From assembly GCA_963814995.1 (NCBI GenBank), contig CAWFFF010000001.1, forward strand, positions 21,354 through 85,353: DNA of 64,000 nt. The letters run 5' to 3'. Every line of letters begins with the position of its first letter. Position 1 is the stretch's first letter. The notes under the pieces are model-generated. The model was not told the DNA's origin and ran no database searches. It saw only the letters and a program-made list of their open reading frames with translations. The DNA is from an uncultured Actinomycetes bacterium (GTDB lineage: Bacteria; Actinomycetota; Acidimicrobiia; IMCC26256; PALSA-610). Positions 1 through 10,387 of the stretch are shown here, in pieces. The translations under genes and the position numbers were made by a program.

Positions 1-1000
1 ATGGCGACGCACGAGCTTGGCGTGGATACCCCGGGCGACGTCGGCGATCGTGAACGCGCCGGCCTCCGACGCGAGCACCGAATGGATCATCACCTGGAAG
101 AGCAGGTCGCCGAGCTCGTCTTCGAGCGCGTCGTACGCGCCCGGCGGGGATCGCGCCGGCCGGCGCGTCCGCCGGGAGCTCGTCGATCGCGGCCGCGACC
201 TCGTAGGCCTCCTCGAGCACGTGCCGGCGGAGCGAGTGATGGGTCTGCGCCGCGTCCCACGGACATCCGCCGGGACCGCGCAGGCGTTCCGTCAGCGCGA
301 GCAGCCGCGCGAGCTCGACCCGCGACGGACGACGTCACCGGTGTCGACGAACACCGACGTGAGGTGGTCGGGCTCGATCGACTGGTCGAGCTCGGCGAGC
401 GCGACGGGCACCAGCCGCTCGTCGGGGAGCCCGAGGCCCTGGAGCACGATGACCTCGTGGTCGGGCGGGAGCACCTCGAGCAGCGCGAGCTTCACGTCGG
501 AGAGGACGAAGCCGCGTGTCGCACTGCGCGAGCAGCATCGCGCCCGCGAACCCGGCGGAGTCGACGGTGAACGTCCGCGCGTCGATCACACGGGCCCCGG
601 TCATCGGATCGATGCCCAGACGGTTCCACGCGAGATCGGCGAACGAGAGGCCCGGCACGATGTCGATGTCGATCCCGACACCACGCAGCAACGCGACGGT
701 GCGCTCCGCCACCGACGGGCTGCCGGGAACGGCGTAGAGCACCTCGCCGTGCTCGTGCGCGGCCTCGACGACGCGGGCTGCGATCGCGGCGTACACGGTG
801 TCGAAGTCGTCGCCGCTGTCGTACAGCAGGTCGAGCGGCTCGAGCTCGATCCCTTCCCGCGCGAGCTCTTCGACGGCGGGATGGCGCGCCGTGCGCACGT
901 AGCGCACCGGAACCCGTTCCAGCGCGGCGCGTGCCGCGGGCAGCAACAGGTCGACGCCGGCCGGGCCGAGGCCGACGACGACGACGCGCGGCCGGTTCAC
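1..1000 (-). CDS. mazG: Tetrapyrrole methylase-like/MazG nucleoside triphosphate pyrophosphohydrolase (YabN-type); runs off window edge; apparent frameshifts near 515 and 330
   Basis: N-terminal VVVVGLGPAG...YAVPGSPSVAE...IVPGLSF methylase-like domain; downstream frames give LRGPGGCPWD...LEEAYEV...DELGDLLFQV...KLVRRH MazG motifs. Confidence 0.88.
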
Positions 1001-2079
1001 CCGCCCGCGGGAACGGTCGTCGTCGTGCTGGTCGCGGGCGCGCACGCCGCCGACTTCTCCCGGCAGGTCCGCACGGCCGGGACCGCCGGCGGCGACACGC
1101 CGAGGACGGTGCTCCCGCTCTGGGGATCGGTCTGCTTGCCCCACGTCCCGTAGCGGGGGCTGATCCACACGTGGAAGGTCTGCAGGAGCGCCGTGTACGC
1201 CGCGCCGGCCGCCTGCGACAGCGACGTCGCGAACGACTTGTCGGCGACCGGATCCCAGCGCCGGACGAGGATCAGGTGGTAGCCGAACTGCGTCTTGACC
1301 GGCGCGGTCACGACGCCGAGCGGTGCCGTGGCGGCCGCGTCCTGGAACTCGGACACGAACTCGTTCGGCGTGAGGCAACCGAGCGCGCCGCCCTGCGGCG
1401 CGGAGCCTGTGTCGGTCGAGCGCAGCTTCGCGACGTCGGCGAACTTCTGGCCGGCCTGGATCAGCTTCAGCGCGGCGTCGGCCTCGGCCTGCGTCTTGAG
1501 CAGGATGTGCGACACGAAGCGACCCGACGGGCAGGTCTCGTAGTAGCGACCGAGCGCGGCGAGGCGCGCGCCCCGATCGACGAGCTTCGCCGCGAACGAC
1601 TTCGAGAACGCGCCGAACGCAGCCGCGGAGAAGGTCTGTTCCTGGAGGGTCTTGCCGTTCGCGGTATCGGCCGCCGTCACCGTCAGGTGCGCGCGCTGCA
1701 CCTCGGCGTCGACCGCGACCTGATCGATGAGTTGCGTGAGCCAGATCGTCGCGAGCCGGGTATCGGTCGAACCCGTCGCGTCGACGTTCGGGAAGTTGCC
1801 CCCGGACTTCAGCAGCTGGACGAACTTGTCGTTCGCGAGGAGATCGTCGAGCTCGCCCTGGAAGTCGGAGCGCGAGATGTGGGTCGTGTGGCTGCCGGTC
1901 GCGTCGCGGTACGTGATCGTCGCCGCGTCGGTGGTGGTGTTCGAGCAACCCGCGCTGCCCGAGCGCGACCGCCGCCACGACGATCGGCGCGCCGACACGC
2001 CGGAAGGAGACGCGCCGGAACGGACGCGCCGGAACGACGGGCGCGGGAAAAGGCGGGAAACGATCCGGCTGGCCATCAT
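997..2079 (-). CDS. PpiC/parvulin-type peptidyl-prolyl isomerase, PrsA-like lipoprotein; probable frameshift in the signal peptide
   Basis: VSHILLKT, FADVAKLRSTD, GGALG, PVKTQFGYHLI rotamase motifs; lipobox-like SAGC; ATGA overlap with mfd stop. Confidence 0.85.
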   Translation of the reverse strand: MMASRIVSRLFPRPSFRRVRSGASPSGVSARRSSWRRSRSGSAGCSNTTTDAATITYRDATGSHTTHISRSDFQGELDDLLANDKFVQLLKSGGNFPNVDATGSTDTRLATIWLTQLIDQVAVDAEVQRAHLTVTAADTANGKTLQEQTFSAAAFGAFSKSFAAKLVDRGARLAALGRYYETCPSGRFVSHILLKTQAEADAALKLIQAGQKFADVAKLRSTDTGSAPQGGALGCLTPNEFVSEFQDAAATAPLGVVTAPVKTQFGYHLILVRRWDPVADKSFATSLSQAAGAAYTALLQTFHVWISPRYGTWGKQTDPQSGSTVLGVSPPAVPAVRTCREKSAACAPATSTTTTVPAGG

Positions 2080-5000
2080 CGAGCGGAGGTTACCTGCGCG
2101 GCCTCCGCGGGCACGGTCTGTGCATCCTCGGCCGCGGGCGGGCTGATCGCGTCGAGCAACCTGAGCAACGCCTGGGCGATCGAGACGTCGCCCGAGGCGG
2201 TCACGGGGACGACCACCGCGTCCGGCAGGACCTGCGTGCCGGCGATCATGCGCTGCAGCCGCACCTCCTGCGACTTGAGCAGATGCCAGCCGTCGAGCCG
2301 GGCGCGGCCCTTCTGCACCGCGACGGCCCGGATGCCGAGCCGGAGGCACGCGGCCCGCAGGCGCGCCACTTCGAGCAGTGCCAGCGCCGGGCGCGGCGGC
2401 GGACCGTAGCGGTCCTCCCACTCGGCCCGGACGTCGTCGACATCGGCCGGCGTGGTGACGGCCGCGAGCCGCCGGTACGCCTCCATCCGCACGTCGTCGC
2501 GCGCGATGTAGTCGCCGGGGAGGTGCGCAGTCACCGGCAGGTCGATCTGGACCTCGTCGGGCTGCTCGCGGATCTCGCCCGTGAGCTCGCCGACGGCCTC
2601 GGTCACCATCTCGACGTAGAGGTCGAATCCGACCGCGGCGATGTGGCCCGACTGCTCGGCGCCGAGCAGGTTGCCCGCGCCGCGGATCTCGAGATCGCGC
2701 ATCGCGATCTTGAAGCCGGAGCCGAGATCGGTGAACTCGCCGATCGTCTTCAGCCGCTCGTACGCCTGCTCGCTCAGCGACCGGTCGGGCGGGTACAGCA
2801 GGTAGGCGTACGCCCGTTGACCGCGGCGCCCGACCCGGCCCCGCAACTGGTAGAGCTGCGAGAGCCCGAGCATGTCGGCGCGGTCGACGACGAGCGTGTT
2901 CACGGTCGGCATGTCGAGACCGCTCTCGACGATCGTCGTGCACACGAGCACGTCGTACTCGTGGTCCCAGAACTCCTGCACGACGCGTTCGAGCCGGTTC
3001 TCGTCGAGCTGGCCGTGCGCGATCGCGACGCGGGCTTCGGGGACGAGACGCCGCACGTCGTCGGCGACGTGCGCGATGTCGTGCACACGGTTGTGCACGT
3101 AGAGCACCTGACCTTCGCGCAGGAGCTCGCGGCGGATGGCCTCCGACACCGCGCGCTCGTCGAGCTCGCCGACGTACGTGAGGATCGGCTGGCGATCCTC
3201 GGGCGGTGTGTTCACGAGCGAGAGGTCGCGGATCCCCGTGAGCGACATCTCGAGCGTGCGCGGGATCGGCGTCGCGGTGAGCGTGAGCACGTCGACGTTC
3301 GCGCGCCACTCCTTGATGCGTTCCTTGTGCTGCACGCCGAAGCGCTGCTCCTCGTCGACGATGAGCAGGCCGACGTCCTTGAACGTGATGTCGGCGCCGA
3401 GGAGACGGTGCGTGCCGATGACGATGTCGACGGTGCCGTCGCGCACGCCCTTCACGACTTCGGTCTGTTCCTTCGCGGTGAGGAACCGCGACAGCACCTC
3501 GACGCGCACCGGGTAGTTCGCGAACCGCTCGCGGAAGGTCTGACCATGCTGGCTGGCGAGCAGCGTGGTCGGGACGAGGATCGCCACCTGCTTGCCGTCG
3601 AACACGGCCTTCGCCGCGGCGCGCAGCGCCACCTCCGTCTTGCCGTAGCCGACGTCGCCGCACACGAGCCGGTCCATCGGGACCGGGCGCTCCATGTCGG
3701 CCTTGGTCTCGACGATCGCCTTGGCCTGGTCGGGCGTCTCCTCGTACGGGAACGCCTCTTCGATCTGGTGCTGGAACGGAGTGTCGGGCCCGAACACGTG
3801 GCCGACGGTCGCGAGCCGGCGCCGGTAGAGCACGACGAGCTCGCCCACGATGTCGCGGACCGCCTTGCGTACCTTGGCGCGCGTCTTGTCCCAGTCGGCG
3901 CCGCCCATCTTCGACAGCTTCGGTTCCTCGCCGCCGGTGTACTTGCGGATGAGCCCGATGTCCTCGGAGTCGACGTACACGCGGTCGCCGCCCTTGAACT
4001 CGACGACGAGCCGGTCACGCGTGACGCCGAACATCTCCTTGGTCTCCATGCCGTGGTAGCGACCGACACCGTGCACGCGGTGCACGACGAAGTCGCCGAC
4101 GGTGAGGCCCTCGTAGTGATCGAGTCCCTTGCGGGCGCCGCGCGCCCGACGGTGCACGCGCCGGCGCCCGGTGAGGTCGGCTTCGGCGACGAACGCGACG
4201 AGTTGGCTCGGGAGCACCGCACCGCGGTCGAGCGGTGCGACCACGATGTGGATACCGGGCGCGCGCAGCACCGCACCCGCGTCGGGAACGCCGGTGATGC
4301 GGTCGACGGCGACGCCCTCGTCGGCGAGGATCTGCTCGATGCGGTCGGCGCTCCCGGTGCCCTCCGCGCAGAGGAACACCTTGAAGCCGTCGCGCTTCAG
4401 CGCGTTGAGTCGCTGGGCGAGCGCGTCGGCGTCACCGACGACGGGATCGAACGCGCTCGCGGCGAGGATCGGCGTGTCGGGCGAGTCGGGCACCGCGAGC
4501 ACGGGCACGGGTTGCGCCTTCGTGTGCGCGAGGAGGCGGTCGAACGGGAGCGAGAGCCGTGGGGTGTCGGCGTCGTCGACCGGCTTGCCCCAGGTGGTCG
4601 CGAGCGTCTGCGCGAGCGCGGCCTCCTCGTCGAGCAGTTCCTGGGCGCGGTCGCGCAGCCGCCGGGGCTCGATGATCGCGACGAGCGCCGACGGCGGCAG
4701 CAGGTCGGGAAGCAGACGTTCGTCGGAGGTGAGCCACGGCAGCCACGACTCCATGCCGTCGAAGGTGTTGCCCTCGGCGAGGCGCTCCCACTGCTCGCGC
4801 CCCCACGGTTGGGTCTGGATCAGCTCGCGGGCGCGCGCCCTGACCTCGTCGGTGGGCAGCAGCTCGCGCACGGGGAAGATCCACGACTCGTCGACTTCGC
4901 CGGTCGAGCGTTGGTCGGCAACACCGAGAATGCGACAGCCGGTCGACCTCGTCGCCCCACAGGTCGATGCGCACCGGATGGTCGGCGGTGGCGGGATACA

Positions 5001-5551
5001 CGTCGACGATCGAGCCGCGCACCGCGACCTCGCCCCGCGCCTCGACCTGGTACTCGCGCCGGTAGCCGATCGTGACGAGCCCGGCGACGAGCTCGTCGCG
5101 GTCGATCCGCGCCCCCTTGCGCACGACGACGGGTTCGACGTCTTCGACGTGCGGGCCGAGGCGCTGCACGAGCGCGCGCACCGGCGCGACGATCGCCCGC
5201 GGCAGGTGCTCGCCGCCGCCGCGCAACCGCCAGATGACCCGCAGCCGCCGGCCCATCGTCTCGGTCGCGGGCGACACCCGCTCGAACGGGAGCGTCTCCC
5301 ACGCCGGGAAGAGCTCGACCGCGTCGTCGCCGAGGAACTCGCGCAGGTCGGCCGCGATCCGCTCGGCCTCCACGCCGGTCGGGACCGCGACGACGATCGG
5401 GCGCCGGGCCGTCGAGCGGGCGAGCGTGGCCGCGAAGAGAGCCCGCGCCGGCTCCGGGACCGCGACCGGCGCGCGCCAGACCCCCGGTCGCGGCCGCGAC
5501 CGCCGGATCGTCGGCGAACAGGGTTGTGAGCCCGGCAAGGGTCGGAGACAT
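2076..5551 (-). CDS. mfd: Transcription-repair coupling factor; apparent frameshifts near 5480 and 4930
   Basis: FPAWETLPFE, CarD-like VVHRVHGVGRY, CGDVGYGKTEVA, DEEQRFGV, TATPIPRTL, QLRGRVGR, DLEIRGAGNLLG. Confidence 0.96.
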
Positions 5552-5612
5552 GAGCGCGCGTTCTACCCGGGAACGCGGACAGCGCCCCGGGTCCCGTCAG
5601 CGTAGACCCGAA

Positions 5613-5723
5613 AACTCCACCAACAGTTGCAGCAGGAAATATGGCGCCGACGACCAGTTTTCCACCCAACTGTTGGCAGGAAATGTGGCGCCGACGACCA
5701 GTTTTCCACCCAACTGTTGGTGG
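5613..5723. repeat. REP/MITE-like intergenic element: 13-bp terminal inverted repeat around a 44-bp tandem duplication
   Basis: CCACCAACAGTTG (5617-5629) / CAACTGTTGGTGG (5711-5723); 44-bp units 5632-5675 and 5676-5719 differ at one base. Confidence 0.8.
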
Positions 5724-5735
5724 GGAAATGGGGTT

Positions 5736-6323
5736 TCAGGCGGGGTCGGGGGTGCGGGCGTTGTAGCGGTTCATGGCGGCCTGGACACCGTCGTTCACGA
5801 TCATCTCGACCGCGTCGGCCGCTTCTTCGAAGGTCACGTCCATCGCCTCGCGCTCACGCTTGGAGACGCGCGACAGCACGTGGTCGGCGCCGCGCTCCTT
5901 CGACGGCGGTTTCCCCACCCCGATCCGGACGCGCATGAACTCGTCGGTGTGCAGATGCTGCTTGATCGAGCGCAGGCCGTTGTGCCCGGCGAGCCCACCG
6001 CCGACCTTGACCCGCAACACCGCGGGCGAGAGGTCGAGCTCGTCGTGCACGATCACGATCTGACCGGGCTCGACTCCGAGCCTCCGCACCAACCCGGCCA
6101 CGGCTTCGCCGGAGTCGTTCATATACGTCAGCGGGATCGCGAGCGCGACGCGCTTCGAACCGATCCGCACCTCGTCACTGCGGGCGCGGCCCTTCGACCC
6201 GTGCAGCTTGCCGCCGTGCCGGCGCGCGAGCAGCTCGACCACTTCTGCACCCACGTTGTGCCGCGTGCGCGCATAGTCGTCGCCGGGATTGCCGAGCCCG
6301 ACCACCAGGAGGTCGACGGGCAC
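5736..6323 (-). CDS. pth: Peptidyl-tRNA hydrolase
   Basis: LVVGLGNPG, TRHNVG, TYMNDSG, VHDELD, GHNGLRSI, RVRIGVG. Confidence 0.97.
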   Translation of the reverse strand: MPVDLLVVGLGNPGDDYARTRHNVGAEVVELLARRHGGKLHGSKGRARSDEVRIGSKRVALAIPLTYMNDSGEAVAGLVRRLGVEPGQIVIVHDELDLSPAVLRVKVGGGLAGHNGLRSIKQHLHTDEFMRVRIGVGKPPSKERGADHVLSRVSKREREAMDVTFEEAADAVEMIVNDGVQAAMNRYNARTPDPA

Positions 6324-6332
6324 CGGAACGCG

Positions 6333-6980
6333 CTACTCCCCGGACGGCGCCTCGGCCGGAGCGGCGCCGCCCTCGGCGGTTGCGCCCTCGGCCGCTTCGC
6401 CCTCGACGCCTTCGGCCACCTCGACGACACGGGGCGCGGAGATCTGCGCGACGAGATCGTCGCCGTCCTGGAGCACGGTGACGCCGTTCGGCACGGTGAG
6501 GTCGCGGACGTACACCTGACCGCCGATCTCGAGCGGGCTGACGTCGTGCTCGATCGACGGCGGGAAGTCGGCCGGCTTGGCCTCGACGGTGAGCGTGTGC
6601 ACCAGTTGCTCGAGGATGCCACCACGAACCGCGCCCTCGGCTTCGCCGGTGAGGTGCACGGGGATCTCGGCCTGGATCGTCTGGTCGGCGCGCACGCGCA
6701 CGAAGTCGACGTGGATCACGTTGCCGCGCACCGGGTGGCGCTGCAGCTCCCGTGCGATCGCCAGCTCCTGGGTTCCGTCGATGTCGAGGGTGATCAGCGT
6801 GTTCATGCCGCTGCCGCCCGAGAGGATGTGGACGAGCTCGCGCTGTGACACCGAGACCGACACGTTGTCGGCGCCGAGCCCGTACACGACCGCGGGGACG
6901 AGACCTTCACGACGGATGCGGCCGGCGGGGCGCTTTCCGCGAGCGGGGCGTCGTTCTGCAATGAGCGTGGCATCAGCCAT
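6333..6980 (-). CDS. rplY: 50S ribosomal protein L25/Ctc (bL25)
   Basis: IRREGLVPAVVYG, ELQRHPV...HVDF, GGILEQ, acidic tail; prs-rplY-pth synteny. Confidence 0.95.
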   Translation of the reverse strand: MADATLIAERRPARGKRPAGRIRREGLVPAVVYGLGADNVSVSVSQRELVHILSGGSGMNTLITLDIDGTQELAIARELQRHPVRGNVIHVDFVRVRADQTIQAEIPVHLTGEAEGAVRGGILEQLVHTLTVEAKPADFPPSIEHDVSPLEIGGQVYVRDLTVPNGVTVLQDGDDLVAQISAPRVVEVAEGVEGEAAEGATAEGGAAPAEAPSGE

Positions 6981-7066
6981 GGCGCGTGATCCTCTGAGAC
7001 GAAAAGGTGAACGGGACAGTCTCGCGCAAGTGGGACAACCGGGGGGAATCTCCGCCGGGGGCGGGC

Positions 7067-7708
7067 TCAGCCCCAGTTGTAGCTACTCGGCACCCGGGCG
7101 GGCGCGGTTCCCACCACTACGGCGATCTCCTTGTGGTTGCTCAACGGGATCTGGGTGGGGTCGCCGTCGAGCTTCGTGCCGTCGACGTAGACCGCGACCG
7201 GCGTGGCAGGCCTGCAGTACGTAGCGACGCAGCTCGTGTCGAGGCGGACGTTCCACTCGCGGAAGACCTGGCCGAGCGTGTTGTCCTTCTCGGTCGCCGA
7301 CTCGGTGTGCAGCACCCCGGTCGCGTCGTGCGTGTGCAGCGGCGAGATGCAAGGCGCGTCGCACGGGACGGCGATGCCGCCGTACGAGGTCTGCCCGCCG
7401 TCGGTGAGCGCGTGCACACCGGGATTCGAGATGTCGATCCCGAGCCCGGCGGGCACGACCACGGGCGTGCCGTCGACGAACACGTCGAGGTGCGAGTGCA
7501 CGTGGTACTGCAACCGCTCGGCGGTCTCGGGCACGAGACCCGCGGCCCGCGCCCGCGCCATCGCGTCGGCCGGTGCCGGCCAGGCAACCGCCGGCGCGGT
7601 CGCAGCCGGCTTCGACGAGCCGCCGCACGCGGCGAGAACGCCGAACAGGAGCACGACGACGCCCGAGCGCGCGCAAGCACGCATCACATAGCGCGCGCAA
7701 GCGCGCAT
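7067..7708 (-). CDS. His-rich lipoprotein of unknown function (alternative start 7684)
   Basis: Lipobox VLAAC; YHVHSHL and PLHTHDATGVLH motifs; ATG overlaps the prs stop. Confidence 0.75.
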   Translation of the reverse strand: MRACARYVMRACARSGVVVLLFGVLAACGGSSKPAATAPAVAWPAPADAMARARAAGLVPETAERLQYHVHSHLDVFVDGTPVVVPAGLGIDISNPGVHALTDGGQTSYGGIAVPCDAPCISPLHTHDATGVLHTESATEKDNTLGQVFREWNVRLDTSCVATYCRPATPVAVYVDGTKLDGDPTQIPLSNHKEIAVVVGTAPARVPSSYNWG

Positions 7709-8676
7709 TACATGTTGTCGCCGCCGAAGAGCTCGCTCACGGAGCCGTCTTCGAACACGGCGTCGATCGCCTCGGCCAGAAGGGGTGCGATCGAGAGCAC
7801 GCGCAGCGTGTCGAAGCGCTTGTCGTCGGGGATCGGCACCGTGTTGGTGACGACCACCTCGCGGATCGGCCCGTTCTTCAGCCGGTCGACGGCCGGGCCC
7901 GAAAGCAGACCGTGCGTCGCCGCGATGTAGACCTCGATCGCGCCGCGCTCGATGAGCAGGCTCGCGGCGCTGACCACCGTCCCCGCGGTGTCGATCATGT
8001 CGTCGACGATGATGCACGTGCGCCCGTCGATGTCGCCGACGACCTCGGTGGCGACCGCGACGTTGTGCGTGCCCTTGGGCCGGCGCTTGTCGATGAACGC
8101 GATGTCGGCGTTCAGCCGGTCGGCGAAGCGGCGGGCGAGCTTGCCGCCGCCGGCGTCGGGGGCGACGATCACCGCGTCGCGGGCGACGTTCTGCTTCAGG
8201 TACTCGGCGATGACGGGCACCGCGGTGAGGTGGTCGACGGGGAAGTCGAAGAATCCCTGGATCTGGCCGGTGTGCAGGTCGACGGTGACGACCCGGTCGG
8301 CGCCCGCCGCGGTCAGCAGGTCGGCGACGAGCCGAGCGGTGATCGGCTCGCGCCCTTCGGCCTTGCGGTCCTGGCACGCGTATCCGTAGAAGGGGCAGAC
8401 CGCGGTGATCCGCTTCGCCGAGGCGCGCTTGGCCGCGTCGATCATGATCAGCTGCTCCATGAGCAGGTCGTTGATCGAGCCGCCGTGGGTCTGGAACACG
8501 AAGACGTCGGCGCTGCGGATGTTCTCGCCGTACCGGCAATAGATCTCGCCGTTCGCGAACGTCGACAGCACGCATTCGCCGAGCGGCGTCTTCAGGTGTT
8601 CGGCCACCTCGTTCGACAACGCCATGTGCCCGCGCCCGGCCACGAGGATGAGTCGCTTCTTGGTGAGAACCTCCAT
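7708..8676 (-). CDS. prs: Ribose-phosphate pyrophosphokinase
   Basis: FANGEIY, ASAKRITAVCPFYGYACQDRK, DLHTGQIQGFF, IIVDDMIDTAGT. Confidence 0.97.
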   Translation of the reverse strand: MEVLTKKRLILVAGRGHMALSNEVAEHLKTPLGECVLSTFANGEIYCRYGENIRSADVFVFQTHGGSINDLLMEQLIMIDAAKRASAKRITAVCPFYGYACQDRKAEGREPITARLVADLLTAAGADRVVTVDLHTGQIQGFFDFPVDHLTAVPVIAEYLKQNVARDAVIVAPDAGGGKLARRFADRLNADIAFIDKRRPKGTHNVAVATEVVGDIDGRTCIIVDDMIDTAGTVVSAASLLIERGAIEVYIAATHGLLSGPAVDRLKNGPIREVVVTNTVPIPDDKRFDTLRVLSIAPLLAEAIDAVFEDGSVSELFGGDNM

Positions 8677-8682
8677 CAGGCG

Positions 8683-10071
8683 TCATCCTCGCCGCGTCGG
8701 CCGTGTGTCGCGCGCCGGAACCCCTCGTACGTGGCGTCCCGGACCGACATCGTGCGTGACGACCGACCCCGCGCCCGTCTCCGCGTCGGCGCCGAGCTCG
8801 ACCGGCGCGACGAGCGACGTGTGGACTCCGGTGTGCGTCCCGTCACCGATCTTCGTGCGGTGCTTGTGCACGCCGTCGTAGTTCGCAGTGATCGTGCTCG
8901 CACCGAGGTTCACGCCCGCTCCGATCTCGGCGTCACCGATGTACGACAGGTGCGGGACCTTGGTTCCTTCGCCGATCTCGGAGTTCTTGACCTCGACGTA
9001 GGTGCCCACTTTCACTCCCGCGGCGAGACGCGTCCCCGGCCGCACGTATGCGAACGGGCCGACCTCGCAGCCGTCGCCGATCTCGCACTCGCGCGCCACC
9101 GTGTTCGACATGCGCACGCCCTCGCCGACCACGACGTCGGTCAGCCGGCAGTCAGGCCCGACGGTCGAGCCCGCGCCGACGACGGTGCGGCCCTCGAGGA
9201 TCGTGCCGGGGAGGAGGCGCACGTCGGCTTCGAGCTCGACCGCGGCATCGATGTAGGTGCGGCCGGGATCGACCATCGTGACCCCGGCGCGCATCCAGAC
9301 CCGGTTGATCCGCCCGCGCAGCTCCTCCTCGGCCTGGGCGAGCTCGGCCCGGTCGTTGACCATGATCGCCTCGCCCGGGTCGTCGGCCTCGAGCGCGACG
9401 ACGTTGTGCCCCGCGCTGCGCAGCACCGCGATCGCGTCGGTGAGGTAGTACTCGCCTTGCGCGTTCTCGGGGCTCAGGCGGCGGAGGGCCGGCGCGAGCA
9501 GGCCCCGACGGAAGCAGTAGATCGACGTGTTGATCTCGTGGATCTCGCGCTCCTCGTCGGTCGCGTCGGCATGCTCGACGACGCTCGCCACCCGACCGTC
9601 CTTGCCTCGCACGACGCGGCCCAGGCCCGCGGGGTCGGGAACCGTCGCGGTGAGGATCGCCGCCGCCGCGTCCTGCACCCGGTGCTCGGTCGCGAGCCGG
9701 GCGATCGTCTCGGCCCGCACGAGGGGCGCGTCGCTCGGCAGCACGAGGATGTCGTCCTCGGCATCGAGATCGTCGAAGACCGTGAGCGCCACGCTCACCG
9801 CGTCGCCCGTGCCGCGCTGCACGCGCTGCTCGACGAATTCCACCGGGACCTCGGTGACGAGTTGGTCCTGCAACGTCTTCGTCACACGCTCGGCCGCGTG
9901 GCCGACCACGACGACGATCCGCTCGAGCGGCAGCTCCGCGAGCGCGTCGATCACGTGCAGCACCATCGGGCGCCCGCAGAGCGGATGCAGCACCTTGGGG
10001 GTGCCGGACCGCATGCGCGTTCCTTCCCCGGCGGCGAGGACAACTGCACTCAGGGGCCGGTATTGCCTCAT
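8683..10071 (-). CDS. glmU: Bifunctional UDP-N-acetylglucosamine pyrophosphorylase/glucosamine-1-phosphate acetyltransferase
   Basis: VVLAAGEGTRMRSGTPKVLH, NAQGEYYLTD, hexapeptide region, VPHLSYIGDA, ITANYDG. Confidence 0.96.
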   Translation of the reverse strand: MRQYRPLSAVVLAAGEGTRMRSGTPKVLHPLCGRPMVLHVIDALAELPLERIVVVVGHAAERVTKTLQDQLVTEVPVEFVEQRVQRGTGDAVSVALTVFDDLDAEDDILVLPSDAPLVRAETIARLATEHRVQDAAAAILTATVPDPAGLGRVVRGKDGRVASVVEHADATDEEREIHEINTSIYCFRRGLLAPALRRLSPENAQGEYYLTDAIAVLRSAGHNVVALEADDPGEAIMVNDRAELAQAEEELRGRINRVWMRAGVTMVDPGRTYIDAAVELEADVRLLPGTILEGRTVVGAGSTVGPDCRLTDVVVGEGVRMSNTVARECEIGDGCEVGPFAYVRPGTRLAAGVKVGTYVEVKNSEIGEGTKVPHLSYIGDAEIGAGVNLGASTITANYDGVHKHRTKIGDGTHTGVHTSLVAPVELGADAETGAGSVVTHDVGPGRHVRGVPARDTRPTRRG

Positions 10072-10091
10072 CCGCGCTCCTACTCTCCTCG

Positions 10092-10165
10092 TGGCTCGGG
10101 GGGAAGGTTTCGAACCTTCGCTAAGGGCTTCAAAGGCCCCTGTGCTGCCGTTACACCACCCCCGA
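10092..10165 (-). tRNA. tRNA-Gln (anticodon TTG)
   Basis: Cloverleaf: acceptor TCGGGGG/CCCCCGA, anticodon arm GGGGC-CT TTG AA-GCCCT, T-loop GGTTCGAAACC, encoded CCA; usual position upstream of glmU. Confidence 0.95.
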
Positions 10166-10230
10166 ATCACCACCAATCTACCGGCCTCTTCCGGGCGATC
10201 AGGCGGGTTCTGATACCGTCACGCCTCGTC

Positions 10231-10332
10231 ATGGGCTCACTGATCAAGAAGCGCCGCAAGCGCATGCGCAAGAAGAAGCACAAGAAGCTGCTGAAGAAGA
10301 CCCGCTGGCAGCGTCGTCAGCAGGGCAAGTAG
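10231..10332 (+). CDS. 30S ribosomal protein bS22 (AURKAIP1/COX24-domain family)
   Basis: MGSLIKKRRKRMRKKKHKKLLKKTRWQRRQQGK matches the actinobacterial bS22 pattern. Confidence 0.92.
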   Translation: MGSLIKKRRKRMRKKKHKKLLKKTRWQRRQQGK

Positions 10333-10335
10333 GCA

Positions 10336-10365
10336 GCGGCCGCCCCATCGGGGCGGCCGTTTCGC
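10336..10365 (+). terminator. Intrinsic terminator after bS22, possibly bidirectional
   Basis: Stem CGGCCGCCCC-ATC-GGGGCGGCCG followed by TTTCG. Confidence 0.7.
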
Positions 10366-10387
10366 GTTCGGGCCCGGCCCGGCGCGC

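Noticed and set aside
5632-5719. Possible mini CRISPR array
   Set aside because: Units are contiguous tandem copies with no unique spacers, and there are no cas genes in the window.
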